Source: Octopus sinensis
Taxonomy: Eukaryota
NCBI RefSeq assembly: GCF_006345805.1
Contig: NW_021836901.1
Coordinates: 1 to 22,625, forward strand
DNA: 22,625 nucleotides
Direction of reading: 5' to 3'
Part shown: positions 18,749 to 22,625 of the stretch, piece by piece
Layout of the letters: each line of letters opens with the position of its first letter
Position numbering within the stretch: position 1 is the first letter of the stretch
Position numbers and translations under genes: made by a program
Notes under the pieces: generated by a model
Told to the model about the DNA's origin: nothing
What the model saw: the letters and a program-made list of their open reading frames with translations, nothing else
Database searches by the model: none

Positions 18749-19141
18749 TGTTAGATAACTATTGTTGTTGTTGTTAGTGGCTGTGGCATCAGCATTGTTG
18801 CCAGCGGTATCAGTGGTGCCATCATTGTTTTTGATGTCTGGTTTTTCCATGCTGTCATGGGTTGGATGAGGCCTCTTATGTCAGTGTCCGATGCGTGGAT
18901 GGTGTTCCTGACATCATCAACTTGAGTTTGTTTTCAAGAAAGTGTACTTAAATCTCACTGGTCATTGCACATTGAACCACTGTGCTGCGTGAGACGTAAA
19001 ATGTGTCACTGCTGCAAATATACTGTCAAAGGCAAAGACATGCAGACACACACACATGCATGCACATCACATCATCACTCACTTATTACATACAGATGTA
19101 TGTTTGTATGTATTTATACATACACAGGCATTTTATACACG

Positions 19142-19178
<37 letters not shown>

Positions 19179-19204
19179 ATATCTATCTATCTATCTATCT
19201 ATCT

Positions 19205-19244
<40 letters not shown>

Positions 19245-19269
19245 TACTCTATCTATATATCTATCTATA

Positions 19270-19332
<63 letters not shown>

Positions 19333-19380
19333 ATATATCTATATATCTATCTATCTATCTATTCTATCTATCTATCTATA

Positions 19381-19415
<35 letters not shown>

Positions 19416-19416
19416 A

Positions 19417-19449
<33 letters not shown>

Positions 19450-19480
19450 CTATCTATCTATATATCTATCTTCTATATAT

Positions 19481-19513
<33 letters not shown>

Positions 19514-19580
19514 ATATATCATCTATATATCTATCTATCTATCTACTATTATCTATCTATCTATTATCTATCCATCTATA

Positions 19581-19619
<39 letters not shown>

Positions 19620-19678
19620 ATATCTATTTATATATATCTATCTATCTATCTATCTATCTATATATCTATCTATCTATA

Positions 19679-19729
<51 letters not shown>

Positions 19730-19748
19730 ATATCTATCTATCTATCTA

Positions 19749-19807
<59 letters not shown>

Positions 19808-19841
19808 ATATCTATCTATCTATATATCTATCTATCTATCT
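19142..19841. repeat. (TATC)n / (GATA)n array, ~700 bp
   Basis: Direct reading, with tata/tatt interruptions. Confidence 0.97.
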
Positions 19842-20163
19842 AACCAAGGTTACCATGGTCTTTTCCGTAGGCTTTTCTTTCCACGGATAAACCTCAGCTG
19901 TCCTCCCCTTTACACTTTATATTGACATTTTTGAGATAACGATCCCTATTGATCGATTTTTTCTTTCCTTTTACGATCCCTTTTGATTGAAAACCAAACC
20001 CCCTTTTTTTTATCCCTCAAAAGAAAAGCTCTGCCTTGTAATTTGTCCCGTCTGTGTGCAGCCCTGTGTGGCTAATAAAGAAACATATCTATCTTTGTCC
20101 TTGTGACCGATAATATTTACATTGCTAGAGATGTTTTTAATTCATAATTTAAATTTCTTTCAT

Positions 20164-20558
20164 TGTATGGTAAGAAGCTTGCTTCCCAACCACATGGTTC
20201 CGGGTTCAATCCCACTACGTGGCACTGTGGGCAAGTGTCTTCTACTATAGCCTCGGACCGACCAAAGCCTTGTGAGTGGATTTGGTAAACGGAAACTGAA
20301 AGAAGCCCGTCGTATATATGTATATATATATGTGTGTGTGTGTTTGTGTATCTGTTTGTCCCCCCAACATCGCTTGACAACCGATGCTGGTGTGTTTACG
20401 TCCCCGTAACTTAGCGGTTTGGCAAAAGAGACCGATAGAGTAAGTACTAGGCTTACAAAGAATAAGTCCTGGGGGTCGATTTCCTCGACTAAAGACGGTG
20501 CTCCAGCATGGCCGCAGTCAAATGACTGAAACAAGTAAAAGAGTAAAGAGTAAAAAAA
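20164..20558 (+). mobile_element. SINE A, nearly full length
   Basis: Head tgtatggtaagaagcttgcttcccaaccacatggttccgggttcaatccc, internal TA/TG tract, tail aagtaaaagagtaaagag. Confidence 0.9.
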
Positions 20559-21136
20559 AGAATATATGTTCATTAATGATATATGTGTGTGTGTGTGTGT
20601 GTGTATAAAAAATTCACTCACTAGGCTTTTGTTAACCTGGGTTTAGATGACACTTGCCCAGGTGTAAAGCAATAGGACTGAACTCAAAGCAACATGATCT
20701 CGAAGCAGCCTACACCTGTAGGGTGTGATTTGAATTTGAAAGGGATTTGACTGCTATTTCTAGCCAGATAAAGAACCTCAGCAACCACACAAACGCCCCC
20801 TCATTACCTTATCATGACCCCTGCGTTTAAAAAAGTATTATAAATGTAAGCAATAATCCACCCAGGATATCTATTTTACTTCCAGGATATGAGAGAGACA
20901 GAGAGAGAGAGAGAGAGAGTGGGACGGAATGCCTTATTTATTATTCATCTGAGATTTTGTATTCAAATCTCTATATATACATTTCTTCATTGTTACCAGG
21001 CTGTGTTGGGTTTGTGTTTTATATAACTCATTGGACCAATTCAAGCAGAAGCTCTATGAATCATCAGTCCCAGACCAAGCTACTGTATATGTGTAGTTTT
21101 ATGCACACACGCACAGACACACACGCATGTGTATTG

Positions 21137-21183
<47 letters not shown>

Positions 21184-21410
21184 ATATATATACATATACA
21201 CACATATATATATATACACATATATATGTATATATACATATATATATATATACATATATGTATATATATATACATATATATATATACTCACACACATATA
21301 TATGTAATATGGTGTGCATGTATATATATATATATACATATATGTATATCATATATATATATATGTTTGTGTATGTATATATATGTGCGTATAATATATA
21401 TATATGTATG

Positions 21411-21451
<41 letters not shown>

Positions 21452-21750
21452 ACATATATGTATGTCATATATGCAAATATATGTGTATTTATATATACAT
21501 ACATATATAAATATAGATGTATTTATACATGTATATAAATATACATCCACACACATCTCCACCCACACATAAACACACAAGCATATACATGTATATATAC
21601 ACTTTAATACATATATATATATACTTACATATACATACATATATATATTTACATATACATACATACATATGAACATACATACATACATGCATGCATACAT
21701 ACGTACACACATACATATATACATACATATGTGTGTGTGCGTGTGTCTGT
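21137..21750. repeat. Compound (TA)n/(TG)n/(TACA)n low-complexity tract
   Basis: Direct reading. Confidence 0.92.
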
Positions 21751-21933
21751 GTGTATAGTAGTTGCTACCACCCATTGGTGCATATTATTGGCTTCTCAGA
21801 GATTTTGGTTTGTAGGTTTTATACAATTGTTCAAATCTCATTCATGAGAAATCAAAACCACAGATCTGAGCAAGCATGTGTTATCCATTTCCCATCCCAG
21901 TCTAACTTATATATGTGTAAAACTTTGTGGGTG

Positions 21934-21971
<38 letters not shown>

Positions 21972-22046
21972 TCATCATCATCAGGAGAGAAAAAATGTGT
22001 GTAGTGGCTAACGATCTATCATGGCGTCGCTATATATATATATTAT

Positions 22047-22271
22047 GGCGGCGAGCTGGCAGAAACGTTAGCACGCCAGGCGAAATGCGTAGCCGTATTT
22101 CGTCTGTCGTTACGTTCCGAGTTCAAATTCTGCCGAGGTCGAGTTTGCCTTTCATCCTTCCGGGGTCGATAAATTAAGTACCAGTTACGCACTGGGGTTG
22201 ATGTAATCGACTTAATCCCTTTGTCTGTCCTTGTTTGTCCCCTCTGTGTTTGGCCCCTTGTGGGTAGTAAA
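22047..22271 (+). mobile_element. Full-length SINE B monomer embedded in (TA)n
   Basis: GGCGGCGAGCTGGCAGAAACG...GAGTTCAAATTC...GTGGGTAGTAAA, with TA tracts on both flanks. Confidence 0.9.
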
Positions 22272-22293
22272 ATATATATATATATATATATAT

Positions 22294-22445
22294 GCCAGTG
22301 GCACCTGACTGGTCCCATGCTGGTGGTACGTAAAAAGCATTATTTGAGTGTTGAATGCAGTTGATGCTAGTACCACCTATTTGGCTCCTGTGCTGGTGGC
22401 ATGTAAAAATCACCCACTACACTCTCAGAGTGTTTGGCATTAGCT
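22294..22445 (+). mobile_element. Diverged family C UTR fragment
   Basis: gctggtggtacgtaaaaagca...gctggtggcatgtaaaaatcacccactacactctcagagtgtttggcattag matches 12244-12295. Confidence 0.65.
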
Positions 22446-22625
22446 TTGGTTGGCCTGAGGCTATAGTAGAAGACACTTGCTCAAGGCGGAATTTTCCAAT
22501 TCTTCAAAATATATTTATACATATGCATGCAACTACTGAACATTTCTGACCTGGAGTTCAATATTGAGTTAAGGATCTTAGATCTGAACAAGATCTGTGC
22601 TCTTTCAGCTAACCAAAGCCTATAA

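Noticed and set aside
18965-19925. Three ~290-aa YLSI-repeat ORFs
   Set aside because: (TATC)n is open in all three plus frames; artefact.
21127-22011. YI/CV-rich ORFs
   Set aside because: Dinucleotide low-complexity translations.

Overview
AT-rich eukaryotic DNA made almost entirely of repeats. I find no host gene, RNA gene or CRISPR array that I can support. The SINE types, LINE fragments and very high microsatellite density suggest a coleoid cephalopod (octopus-like) intron or intergenic region; this is inference, not a database result. Nearly all ORFs in the supplied track are translations of microsatellites or SINEs. Supportable content: (i) many copies of three tRNA-headed SINE families (labelled A, B/B' and D here); (ii) fragments of non-LTR retrotransposons from three clades: two R4/Dong-type zinc-knuckle/RLE 3' ends chained through (TAA)n, RTE-type 3' ends, and a CRE-type C-terminus; (iii) DNA elements: two Helitron-like elements, one carrying five 159-bp tandem repeats, a piggyBac-type MITE with TTAA target duplications, and two copies of a 29-bp-TIR MITE with internal CCCTAA repeats and no short TSD; (iv) long simple repeats. 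The most unusual structures are the satellite-bearing Helitron nested in an RTE fragment, a TIR element flanked by a ~96-bp direct duplication, an ORF-less 550-bp element inside the (TAA)n chain, and SINE B multimers with the same 184-bp junction at two loci. I see no strong evidence for a new protein-coding system; any novelty here lies in mobile-element and repeat biology.
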